NCBI GenBank assembly: GCA_046726415.1
Contig: JBKPAK010000308.1
Coordinates: 1 to 28,823, forward strand
Reading direction: 5' to 3'
From: Candidatus Methylomirabilota bacterium
Lineage (GTDB): Bacteria > Methylomirabilota > Methylomirabilia > Rokubacteriales > CSP1-6
DNA length: 28,823 nt
Below the pieces are notes generated by a model. The model was not told where the DNA came from, made no database searches, and saw nothing but the letters and a program-made list of their open reading frames with translations. The position numbers and the translations under genes were made by a program. Positions 7,833 to 16,116 of this stretch are shown here, piece by piece (position 1 is the first letter of the stretch; every line of letters starts with the position of its first letter).

Positions 7833-9761
7833 CTAGCGAGCGGCGGCGCGCGAGGCGCGGCGGTCCAGGTCCTGCTTGTATTCGGCGATCCCGGCGAAGA
7901 TGGCGCGGGCCATGTCATCCCGGTACTTTGACTCTTTCAGCTTGCGCTCCTCTTTCGGATTCGTCACGAAGCCGATCTCGACGAGAACAGCCGGCATGGC
8001 CGCGCCGCCCAGCACGTAGAAGCCGGCCTGCTTCACGCCGCGATTGGGGATACTCAGACTCTGGGTCATCGAGTCTTGCACCACCTCGGCCAGGCGCGAG
8101 GACTCCTGCTGGAATTCCGATTGGGCCAGGTCCCACAAGATGGCCTTGACCGCGTCGGTGCGTGATCCCCGTCCCGACGGCCGTTCAAGCTGGACCACAC
8201 TGTTCTCGGCCGCGGCGACCTGGCGGGCGGCGTTGTCCGTGGCCTCTGAAGACAGGAAGTACGTCTCCACACCTTCCGAGGCCGCCTCGCGGTGGGCGTT
8301 AGCGTGGATCGACACGAAGAGGTCGGCGCGCTCGCGATTGGCGAAGCTCGTGCGCTCGCGCAGGGGGACGAAGTAGTCGCCCTTGCGGCTGAGCAGCACC
8401 TTGATGCCGGGCATGTGCGCCTCCACCAGGTTGGCCACCCGGCGCGTCACGTCGAGCACGAGGTCCTTCTCCATCAGGCCACCCGGCCCCACCGCGCCGG
8501 AGTCGTGGCCGCCATGCCCGGCATCGAGCACCAAGGTCCGGAGCGGCCCTGGCGCGGAAGCCGTCGCGCGCGGACTGGGCTCGGGGGCGCGGCGGAAGTC
8601 GAAGAGCAGCCGGGGAGGATCACTGAGCGTGCTCGTCTTCGGCTCCAGGCTGGTGCCGGCGAAGCTGATGCGGAGGACCGCATCGCGGTCGACCGGCTCG
8701 ACCTGCACGGCCTCGATAAGGCCGTCGCGAATCGCCTCGATCCGGTGCGGCGCGCTCAGAGACGTGAGGCGGATGCGCAGCTCCTTTGGCGTCACCGCTT
8801 CCACGCGATGGCCCACCAGCGCCGACGTCTCGACGACCACGCGCGTGAAGGTCGGGTAGGAGCGGAGGCGCACATCCTCGAGCGTGGCGCCGGGTACGGC
8901 TGGTTTGATCGCTGCTGTCGCCACCGGCCCGGCATGCTTCCCGGGCTCGGGCATCTTCGCCACCGGCGCGGGCGTTTTCGGTACTTCGATCACACGCACC
9001 GGGGCCGTCGACTCGGGCGGCGCCTCCGTCACCTTCGCCACAGGAGGCGCAGCTCCCCGCGGTACCTCGATCACCCTCACAGCGGGCGCGGCCGCGGGCC
9101 TGGGTGGCTCCGCGGCACTCGCCGCGGTCGTCCAGGGCTTCGGTACCTCGATGACCATCGCCCCAGGGACGGGAGACTCGGCCGCGGTCGTCCCCGGCTT
9201 CGGTACTTCGATCACCGTCGTCCCGGGCGAGGTCGACTTCGGTGGCTCGGTCGACTTCTGGGGCGGCGCCACCTTCGCTGACTCAACCACGGTCGCCACG
9301 GCCGCGGCCGGCCTGGGCGGCTCGACCACTCGTGCGACCGGGGGCCTCGGCGACTCTATCGCCTTCAGCGCGGGTTCGGCTGGCTTCGGCGGCTGCGTCG
9401 CTTGAACCGCGTTCACCGGCGTCAGGGCCTGGCTCTCGACCATCGGGAGGACTTGCCGCACGAAGGCCTCGGGCACCAGCCACCGGTTCTGCTCGACGCG
9501 CACCGACGCCTCCAGCACCACGGGCTTGCCATCGACCTCCACGCGCGCCCAACCCCGGGTGAACACCACCACATGCCCTCGGGTGCGCAGGTAGATGCGC
9601 TCCGGCGTCCCCTCGAGCTTCGCTCCGAGACGAGCGGCGATCGCTGCGGCATCGATGTAGGCGCGTCCCTCGCGAACGACGGTCGGAAGACCGGCTTCCG
9701 CGCTAGCCAGGGCGACGAGCGCAAGGACCACCGACGCGACCAGGATGCGGCGAATCGTCAC
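7833..9761 (-). CDS. amiC: N-acetylmuramoyl-L-alanine amidase with signal peptide, copper-amine-oxidase-N-like domain, Pro-rich linker, AMIN and Amidase_3 domains
   Basis: LDAGHGGHD, FVSIHANA, GVETYFL and AVLVEIGF motifs; the AMIN start reads DVRLRSYPTFTRVVVE. Confidence 0.88.
   Translation of the reverse strand: MTIRRILVASVVLALVALASAEAGLPTVVREGRAYIDAAAIAARLGAKLEGTPERIYLRTRGHVVVFTRGWARVEVDGKPVVLEASVRVEQNRWLVPEAFVRQVLPMVESQALTPVNAVQATQPPKPAEPALKAIESPRPPVARVVEPPRPAAAVATVVESAKVAPPQKSTEPPKSTSPGTTVIEVPKPGTTAAESPVPGAMVIEVPKPWTTAASAAEPPRPAAAPAVRVIEVPRGAAPPVAKVTEAPPESTAPVRVIEVPKTPAPVAKMPEPGKHAGPVATAAIKPAVPGATLEDVRLRSYPTFTRVVVETSALVGHRVEAVTPKELRIRLTSLSAPHRIEAIRDGLIEAVQVEPVDRDAVLRISFAGTSLEPKTSTLSDPPRLLFDFRRAPEPSPRATASAPGPLRTLVLDAGHGGHDSGAVGPGGLMEKDLVLDVTRRVANLVEAHMPGIKVLLSRKGDYFVPLRERTSFANRERADLFVSIHANAHREAASEGVETYFLSSEATDNAARQVAAAENSVVQLERPSGRGSRTDAVKAILWDLAQSEFQQESSRLAEVVQDSMTQSLSIPNRGVKQAGFYVLGGAAMPAVLVEIGFVTNPKEERKLKESKYRDDMARAIFAGIAEYKQDLDRRASRAAAR
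8950..9350 (-). repeat. Intragenic repeats encoding the VIEVP[KR] linker
   Basis: Four VIEVP[KR] and two EPPRPAAA motifs; 60-bp degenerate tandem units at 9121-9180 and 9181-9240. Confidence 0.8.
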
Positions 9762-9804
9762 GATGACGGCGATTCTAGCAACGCGGGCCCGCCTTCTCGC
9801 GCTT

Positions 9805-10677
9805 TTACGATTCCTCGGCGAGCATGGCGAGCAGATACTCCCCGTAGCGGTTGCCCTTCATGGACTCCCCGATCCGTCGCACGGCCTCCGCGGTGATGTA
9901 ACCCTTGCGGTAAGCGACTTCCTCGACGCAAGCGACCATGAGCCCCTGTCGCTCCTCGAGGGTCTGGATAAAGTTCGAGGCCTGCAGGAGCGACTCGTGG
10001 GTACCGGTGTCGAGCCACGCGACGCCCCGACCGAGCTTCTCGACGTGCAGAACCCCCAGGTCCAGGTAAGCCTGGTTGACGTCGGTAATCTCCAGCTCAC
10101 CCCGCGCCGACGGCTTCAGGCCGCCCGCGATCTCCACAACGCGATTGTCGTAAAAGTAGAGGCCGGGGACCGCGTGGGAGGAGCGAGGGCGAGCCGGCTT
10201 TTCCTCGAGACCGATGGCCCGGCCGTCCGCATCGAATTCCACCACGCCATACCGGCCGGGATCGCGGACCCGGTATGCAAAAATGGTAGCGCCGCGGGTC
10301 TCACGCGCGGCCCTCTCGAGTTGCTCGGGAAGGCCGTGGCCATAAAAGATGTTGTCGCCGAGCGCCAGCGCCACCGCGCCGGACCCAATGAACTCCGCTC
10401 CGATCAGGAACGCCTGGGCGAGCCCCTCGGGCCGTGGCTGCACGGCGTACTGAATCCTCAGGCCAAGCTCGCGGCCGTCGCCGAGAAGTCGCCGAAAGGC
10501 CTCCAGGTCTTCGGCGGTGGTGATCACGAGGATGTCCTGGATCCCCGCCAGCATGAGCGTTGACAGCGGGTAGTAGATCATGGGCTTGTTGTAGATGGGA
10601 ACCAGTTGCTTGCTGAGGGCCCGCGTGAGGGGGTAGAGCCGTGTCCCCGCGCCTCCGGCCAGGATGATCCCACGCAT
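9805..10677 (-). CDS. rfbA: Glucose-1-phosphate thymidylyltransferase
   Basis: [36 protein letters not shown] and WLDTGT motifs. Confidence 0.97.
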   Translation of the reverse strand: MRGIILAGGAGTRLYPLTRALSKQLVPIYNKPMIYYPLSTLMLAGIQDILVITTAEDLEAFRRLLGDGRELGLRIQYAVQPRPEGLAQAFLIGAEFIGSGAVALALGDNIFYGHGLPEQLERAARETRGATIFAYRVRDPGRYGVVEFDADGRAIGLEEKPARPRSSHAVPGLYFYDNRVVEIAGGLKPSARGELEITDVNQAYLDLGVLHVEKLGRGVAWLDTGTHESLLQASNFIQTLEERQGLMVACVEEVAYRKGYITAEAVRRIGESMKGNRYGEYLLAMLAEES

Positions 10678-10786
10678 CAGTGCTGCGCACCTTCGGTCAG
10701 GATGATTCCGCGCATCAGGACCGCCCACCTCCGGCCAGCATGATCGCGCGCATCAGTGCCGCGCCGCCAGAATTTTCCCCGCATCA
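10640..10786 (-). repeat. Tandem degenerate copies of the rfbA 5' end forming TGATG-linked mini-ORFs
   Basis: CTGATGCG-led units with ATG at 10784, 10753, 10715 and 10677 (spacings 31, 38, 38). Units read [12 protein letters not shown] and [12 protein letters not shown], followed by the true [13 protein letters not shown]. Confidence 0.88.
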
Positions 10787-11878
10787 GCGGGGGGTGCCGC
10801 CCAGACCCAAGCGCTCTCGCTGATAGCGCCCCGTCTGTACCGCTTCGCACCACCCCCGGTTCTCGAGGTACCAGCGCACGGTCTTGGCGATCCCTGCCTC
10901 GAAGTCGTGCATCGGCCGCCAGCCCAGCGCCCGACCGATGCGGCTCGCATCGATGGCGTACCGGCGGTCATGCCCGGGTCGGTCAGTCACGAACGTCTTC
11001 AGCGCCTCGTACCGGATCATCGAGCGACCGGCCAGGGCCGGGTTTCGCGCCGCCGGCAGCGCTGCCTCCAGGGCAGCGCAGATCCGATCGACGACGTCCA
11101 CGTTGGCCCGCTGGTCGCTGCCGCCAATGTTGTACTTCTCCCCAACACGCCCCTTCTCCAGCACCAGCATGAGGCCGGCGCAGTGGTCCTCGACATAGAG
11201 CCAGTCGCGCACGTTGAGGCCATCGCCGTAGATCGGCAGGGCTCGTCCCTCGACCGCATTCAAGATCATCAGCGGGATGAGCTTCTCGGGATGCTGGCGC
11301 GGACCATAGTTGTTCGAGCAGTTCGTGATCAGGGTGGGCAGGCCGTAGGTTTCGTGGTAGGCGCGCACCAGGTGGTCGGCCCCCGCCTTGGACGCGGCGT
11401 ACGGAGAGTTCGGCGCGTAGGGTGTGTCCTCGGAGAACGCCCCGGTGGGTCCCAGACTTCCGTAGACCTCATCGGTGGAGACGTGCAGGAAGCGAAAGCG
11501 CTGGCGAGCCGCGGCTGGCCCGCGCGACCAGAACTCGCGCGCCGCCTCGAGGAGCTCGAACGTCCCCACCAGATTGGTATCGACGAAGGCCCGGGGGCCG
11601 TCGATCGACCGGTCGACGTGCGTCTCCGCCGCAAGGTTCACGACCGCGCGGGGAGCGTGGGACCGGAACACGGCGTCCATGGCGGGGCGATCCGCAATGT
11701 CGGCGTGCACGAAGGCCACGCGCGGGTCGTCGAGCACGCCCTCCAGATTGTGGAGGCTGCCCGCGTAGGTCAGCTTGTCGACGACCACGATGGGGGCGTC
11801 CGACCGCGCGAGCGCGAACCGAACGAAGTTGGAGCCGATGAACCCGGCTCCGCCAGTGACGATGATGGGCTCAGTCAT
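10784..11878 (-). CDS. rfbB: dTDP-glucose 4,6-dehydratase
   Basis: GGAGFIG, AAETHVDRSI, HVSTDEVYG, YAASK and DRPGHDRRY motifs; start at MTEPIIVTGG. Confidence 0.97.
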   Translation of the reverse strand: MTEPIIVTGGAGFIGSNFVRFALARSDAPIVVVDKLTYAGSLHNLEGVLDDPRVAFVHADIADRPAMDAVFRSHAPRAVVNLAAETHVDRSIDGPRAFVDTNLVGTFELLEAAREFWSRGPAAARQRFRFLHVSTDEVYGSLGPTGAFSEDTPYAPNSPYAASKAGADHLVRAYHETYGLPTLITNCSNNYGPRQHPEKLIPLMILNAVEGRALPIYGDGLNVRDWLYVEDHCAGLMLVLEKGRVGEKYNIGGSDQRANVDVVDRICAALEAALPAARNPALAGRSMIRYEALKTFVTDRPGHDRRYAIDASRIGRALGWRPMHDFEAGIAKTVRWYLENRGWCEAVQTGRYQRERLGLGGTPR

Positions 11879-11987
11879 CTGCCGCCGCTCAGTATAGCGA
11901 GCGTCGGCGCGGAACGGGTCGGTTTGACGGTCCAGGGCGGGCCGCGACGGCCCCCTTCCGGGGGATGTATCGTAGGGGCGAGGGATA

Positions 11988-13313
11988 ATGAGCGCGCGCA
12001 TCCTCGTGGTCGACAACGACTCCGAAATGCTGGACCTCCTCCACCAGCATCTCAAGAACGAAGGGTACGCGGTCAGCGCCTGCACGAGCGGAGCCGACGC
12101 CCTCGCTACCTTGGGGCGCGACGAGGTCGACGTCGTCCTCACCGACCTCGTCATGGACGACGTCGACGGCCTCGCATTGCTCCGGGCGGCGCAGGCCTCC
12201 CAGCCCGGCGCGCGTGTGATCCTGGTGACTGCCTTCGGCAGTCTGGAGACGGCCATCGAGGCTATGCGACAGGGCGCTTACGACTACCTGACCAAGCCCT
12301 TCAAGCTGGGCGAGGTCAGCCTCGCCGTTCAGCGCGCGCTGGAAGACCGCCAGCTGCGCGAGGAGAACCGCCGCCTGCGCGCTCAGATCGAGGAGCGCTT
12401 CGAACTCGATACGATGCTGGGCCGCTCTCCCGCCATGCTGGGGGCCTTCGAGCGGCTGCGCGCGGTGGCCGGCTCGGAGGCCAGCGTGCTCCTGCTCGGC
12501 GAGAGCGGGACGGGCAAGGAGCTGGCTGCGCGCGCGATCCACCAGAACAGTGCCCGGCGCGGCAAACCCTTCGTGCCGGTCAACTGCACGGCGATTCCCG
12601 AGTCGCTGCTGGAGTCCGAGCTGTTCGGCCATGAGAAGGGCGCCTTCACCGGCGCCGATCGCCGGCGGCGTGGCCTCTTCGCGGAGGCTGATAGCGGCAC
12701 GCTCTTCCTCGACGAGGTCGGCGACCTCCCGCTGTCCCTGCAAGGCAAGCTTCTGCGAGTGCTGCAGGAGAAGGCTATCCGGCCCGTGGGCGCCAGCCAC
12801 GAGATCCAGCTCGATGTTCGCGTCATCAGCGCCACCAACCGCGACCTGCAGGCGCTCGTGGGAGAGGGCAGGTTCCGCGACGACCTCTACTATCGGCTGG
12901 CCGTCGTCCCCATCCGCTTGCCAAGCCTGCGCGAGCGCCCGCGAGATATCCTCCCGCTCGCCATCCACTTTCTCGAGCGCGTGGGGGCGGCCAGCGGCAA
13001 GCGCTTCGAGGGCTTCGATGAGGCGGCGCAGGCGTGGCTCGCGCAGCATCGCTGGCCGGGTAACGTGCGGGAGCTGGAGAACATCGTGGAGCGCGCGGCC
13101 ACACTGGCGCGTGGGCCACTCATTACCCTTGCCGACCTCGGAACGGAGTTCACAGGGGTGGCGGGCTTCGAGCTCGGGTTGCGACCCACACTGGCCGAGC
13201 TCGAGGAGCGCTACATCCGCCGCGTGCTCGAAGAGACGAAGGGCGATAAGGCGGCCGCCGCCCGCATCCTCGGCGTAAGCGTCAGGACCCTCCAGCGGCG
13301 GTACCGGTCGTAG
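11988..13313 (+). CDS. Sigma54-dependent response regulator (NtrC/AtoC/ZraR family)
   Basis: REC domain (LTDLVM, YLTKPF), GESGTGKE, ESELFGHEKGAFTGA, LFLDEV, WPGNVREL, and a C-terminal Fis-type HTH. Confidence 0.95.
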   Translation: MSARILVVDNDSEMLDLLHQHLKNEGYAVSACTSGADALATLGRDEVDVVLTDLVMDDVDGLALLRAAQASQPGARVILVTAFGSLETAIEAMRQGAYDYLTKPFKLGEVSLAVQRALEDRQLREENRRLRAQIEERFELDTMLGRSPAMLGAFERLRAVAGSEASVLLLGESGTGKELAARAIHQNSARRGKPFVPVNCTAIPESLLESELFGHEKGAFTGADRRRRGLFAEADSGTLFLDEVGDLPLSLQGKLLRVLQEKAIRPVGASHEIQLDVRVISATNRDLQALVGEGRFRDDLYYRLAVVPIRLPSLRERPRDILPLAIHFLERVGAASGKRFEGFDEAAQAWLAQHRWPGNVRELENIVERAATLARGPLITLADLGTEFTGVAGFELGLRPTLAELEERYIRRVLEETKGDKAAAARILGVSVRTLQRRYRS

Positions 13314-13335
13314 TGAAATCGCCCCGACTAGTGAC

Positions 13336-13410
13336 ATGGGGGGCCCCGACATGGCCCCCCAAGCCCCCCGACGCTCGGGGCGCCCCGGCGCAGCCGTGGC
13401 TCCCCTCGAT
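13336..13410 (+). repeat. REP-like palindromic element, copy 2 (best conserved)
   Basis: ATGGGGGGCC-CCGACAT-GGCCCCCCA hairpin, then GCCCCCCGACGCTCGGGGCGCCCCGGCGCAGCCGTGGCTCCCCTCGAT; lies between convergent genes. Confidence 0.8.
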
Positions 13411-13603
13411 ATCGCGCGGCGCTTGGGAGATCCTACCCAGCTGGGCGCCCCCCCTCGATGTCGCGGGCGCTTAGGAGGCCCTACGCCGCCGGGGCGCCCT
13501 CCTCGATATTGCGCGGCTTGGTAGGCCCCTGCGTAGCTGGACGGCCCTGTCGATATCGCGCGGCGCTTGGGAGGTCCTACGCGGCTGGGGTGTGCCTCGA
13601 TGT
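13404..13603 (+). repeat. Degenerate tandem array of about 4.2 units of 47-49 bp
   Basis: Units start at (CC)TCGAT at 13404, 13453, 13501, 13548 and 13595. Approximate consensus CCTCGATATCGCGCGGCGCTTGGGAGGCCCTACGC.GCTGGG.CGCC. Confidence 0.85.
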
Positions 13604-13656
13604 GACTGATTCCCGGCCGGGGCAGCCGTGGCCCTGGTGCGGTGACGGATTCTCCG

Positions 13657-15924
13657 TCAGGACGCCGCGGCGCTGCCGTTCTTAGAGTCCGCGACGGCCT
13701 TCGCGTCGGCGATGGGCACTGACAGGCGCGAGAGATCGTCGAGCAGCAGGCTTGCCCACCGGTAGATGTTCTGCTCTTGCACGAGCCGAACCATGCGCCG
13801 CATGCGCGCCCGGCGCTCCTCGGCGGGCATCTCCAAAGCAGCGCGGACGGCCTCCGCCGTCTCCTCGAGGTCGTAGGGATTCACCAGCAGCGCGTCGCGC
13901 AGGTCGTGGGCGGCCCCGGTGAAGCGGCTCAGGATCAACATGCCGCCGTCATCATTGCGGACCGACAGGTACTCCTTGGCCACGAGATTCATGCCGTCGT
14001 GCAGCGCGGTAACCATGCAAAAGTCGGCGTGCCGGTAGAATGGCCAGATCTCGCGCTTATCGAAGTGGCGCTTGAGGTAGACGATGGGGCGCCAGCGCCG
14101 CGTCCCGAGCGCGTCATTGACCTCGTCCACCGTCTGGTCGACCTCGGCCTGCAGCTCCTGGTAGCGCTTGATGCGGCTGCGGCTGGGCGCGGCCAGCTGG
14201 ACGAAGCTGAGGCGCTCGCGGTACTCGGGATGGCGCTCGAAGAAGCGATGGAGGGCGCGGAACCGCTCGGGCAGCCCCTTCGTGTAGTCGAGGCGCTCCA
14301 CCCCCACCCCGAAGAACTCCACGTTCAGACCGAGCTCGCGGAGGAGCCCATTGCGGTCGACCTCGCGCGGCTGATCGACGAACTCGGGCGCCACGCTGAT
14401 GGGGAACGGCTTCACATACGTGGCGTGCTCGCCCCGCACCACCGCGAAGCGCTCGCCGTCGATGCGCGCTTCCAGGGTGCGATCGACAGACTCGAGAAAG
14501 TTATTGCAGTGGTACTGCGTGTGGAAGCCGATGATGTCGGCGCCCAGCATGCCGAGCAGGATCTCCCGCTGCCAGGGGCAGATGCCGAACGACTCGAAGT
14601 TGGGCCACGGGATGTGCCAGAAGATCGCCACCCGCGCGTCGGGTCGCCGCGCCTTCACGAGGGCCGGCAGCAGCGCCAGGTGATAGTCCTGGATGAGGAC
14701 CATCGGCTCCTCGTGTCCCTCCATCTCTTCGAACAGCGCCGCCGCGAACTTGCCGTTCACGATGCGGTACTGCTCCCAGTCCTCGGCGCGGAACAGCGGT
14801 CGCGCGTGTACCACGTGGCAGAGGGGCCAGAGACCCTCGTTGGAGAACCCGTAGTAGTGCCCCTCTTCCTCCTCCTTGGTAAGCCACACGCGCCGCAAGG
14901 TGTAGGCGGGGTCGTCAGTCGGAAGCCCGATGCGTCCGCGCTCATCGGTCGTTTCCTGATCGGCATCGCCGCTCCCGTGGGCCACCCAGACTCCTCCGCA
15001 CGCGCGCATCACCGGCTCGAGCGCGGTCACCACGCCGCTGGCCGGAATCTCCGAGTGAACCGCACCGTCGCGCCAGACGTGACTGACCGGCTCGCGGTTG
15101 GAGGCGACGAAGAGCGGGCGCCCGTCGAAGCGCAGCCTCACGAACTGCTTGAGCCGCTCCTCCGTCCAGGTCGACTCCCCGGTCAACCGGAGCGCCGCCT
15201 CCCGCTCGGCCGCTGCTTGCGCGCGGTACAAGTTGCGCGCCAAGCCGGACACTTCCTGGGCCAGCGGTCCGAAGAGGTACGGGTCCGGGACGTTAGGCGG
15301 GGGAACGGGCTTGCCAACCTTGAGCGTTTTGGTCCACTCGGCCAGGGCCGTCATCGGCCGCATGATCGTCATGCGCAGGATGAGGAATGTGATGAGCGAG
15401 ATCCCGAGGGACAAGACGAAAAAGCGCACGGCGTTGAGCTGCCACAGCTCCAGTTCGGCCGTGTCGAGTTGGCCGGCGTCCAGGAAGACGGCGAGGGCGC
15501 CGACCGTCCGGTCATCACCCTGGAGCGGTGTCACATAGACGTAGGTCTTGTGCCCTTCCAGCTTCTTGAACCCGGTGGTGACCGTCCCGCGACTGATGGC
15601 GTCGCTGATCTCGGGAATCTGCGAGCGCACGGCGGGAGCGGCGTCCGGGGCGGCCGCGATGGGGCTGGCGAACGCATCGTAGACCACGATTCCCCGGTCG
15701 GGCCGACCGAAGCGCTTCAGGGCGCGGAGGACCGCGGGCGTCGCCCCGCGCTTCACCGCAGGCTCGACCGCCTCCTTGAGGCTCTCGGCGAGCAGAGCGG
15801 CGCGGCGCTCGAGGTCGCTGCGCAACCGCCCGCGCTCGTCGCGGACCTGAAGGAATGCGAAGGCCGCCAGGATGATGAGGGTCGAGACCCAGATGGCGCC
15901 AAGGACGCGGACACTGATTCTCAT
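13657..15924 (-). CDS. otsA: Trehalose-6-phosphate synthase (GT20) fused to an N-terminal TM-extracytoplasmic sensor-TM-HAMP-like module
   Basis: SNREP, YYGFSNEGLWPLCH, IQDYHL, FWHIPWP, ERLDYTKG and DGMNLVAKEY motifs. The first ~250 aa contain two TM helices (about 7-25 and 167-184) and IMRPMTALAEW (HAMP-like). Confidence 0.9.
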   Translation of the reverse strand: MRISVRVLGAIWVSTLIILAAFAFLQVRDERGRLRSDLERRAALLAESLKEAVEPAVKRGATPAVLRALKRFGRPDRGIVVYDAFASPIAAAPDAAPAVRSQIPEISDAISRGTVTTGFKKLEGHKTYVYVTPLQGDDRTVGALAVFLDAGQLDTAELELWQLNAVRFFVLSLGISLITFLILRMTIMRPMTALAEWTKTLKVGKPVPPPNVPDPYLFGPLAQEVSGLARNLYRAQAAAEREAALRLTGESTWTEERLKQFVRLRFDGRPLFVASNREPVSHVWRDGAVHSEIPASGVVTALEPVMRACGGVWVAHGSGDADQETTDERGRIGLPTDDPAYTLRRVWLTKEEEEGHYYGFSNEGLWPLCHVVHARPLFRAEDWEQYRIVNGKFAAALFEEMEGHEEPMVLIQDYHLALLPALVKARRPDARVAIFWHIPWPNFESFGICPWQREILLGMLGADIIGFHTQYHCNNFLESVDRTLEARIDGERFAVVRGEHATYVKPFPISVAPEFVDQPREVDRNGLLRELGLNVEFFGVGVERLDYTKGLPERFRALHRFFERHPEYRERLSFVQLAAPSRSRIKRYQELQAEVDQTVDEVNDALGTRRWRPIVYLKRHFDKREIWPFYRHADFCMVTALHDGMNLVAKEYLSVRNDDGGMLILSRFTGAAHDLRDALLVNPYDLEETAEAVRAALEMPAEERRARMRRMVRLVQEQNIYRWASLLLDDLSRLSVPIADAKAVADSKNGSAAAS

Positions 15925-15945
15925 AACGTCCTATGTCAATAAAAG

Positions 15946-15962
15946 CGCAACTTCGGTACCAG
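15946..15962 (-). promoter_or_regulatory. Sigma54 -24/-12 promoter
   Basis: Minus strand CTGGTAC-CGAAG-TTGCG with exact GG-N10-GC spacing, about 22 nt upstream of the otsA ATG. Confidence 0.72.
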
Positions 15963-16047
15963 TCAAGTCGCTAGCGAAGCCGTCCAGCGATGCCTGGACT
16001 GATCGGCACTTGTGTGACGGGTCGGGCTCGATGTTCCCGCCCATCGC

Positions 16048-16083
16048 ACCGTCACGCTGTCCGCCGGGCGACACCATGTCGCC
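16048..16083. promoter_or_regulatory. Candidate enhancer (UAS) for a sigma54 activator
   Basis: Perfect GGCGACA-CCA-TGTCGCC at 16067-16083 and a degenerate neighbour ACCGTCA-CGC-TGTCCGC at 16048-16064, about 90-120 bp upstream of -24. Confidence 0.55.
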
Positions 16084-16116
16084 GAAACTGGGCAGCGGGA
16101 AGCAGGTCCTGGGGCT

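Noticed and set aside
13404..13603. Possible CRISPR array
   Set aside because: Units are similar along their whole length, with no constant repeat plus unique spacers, and there are no cas genes or leader.
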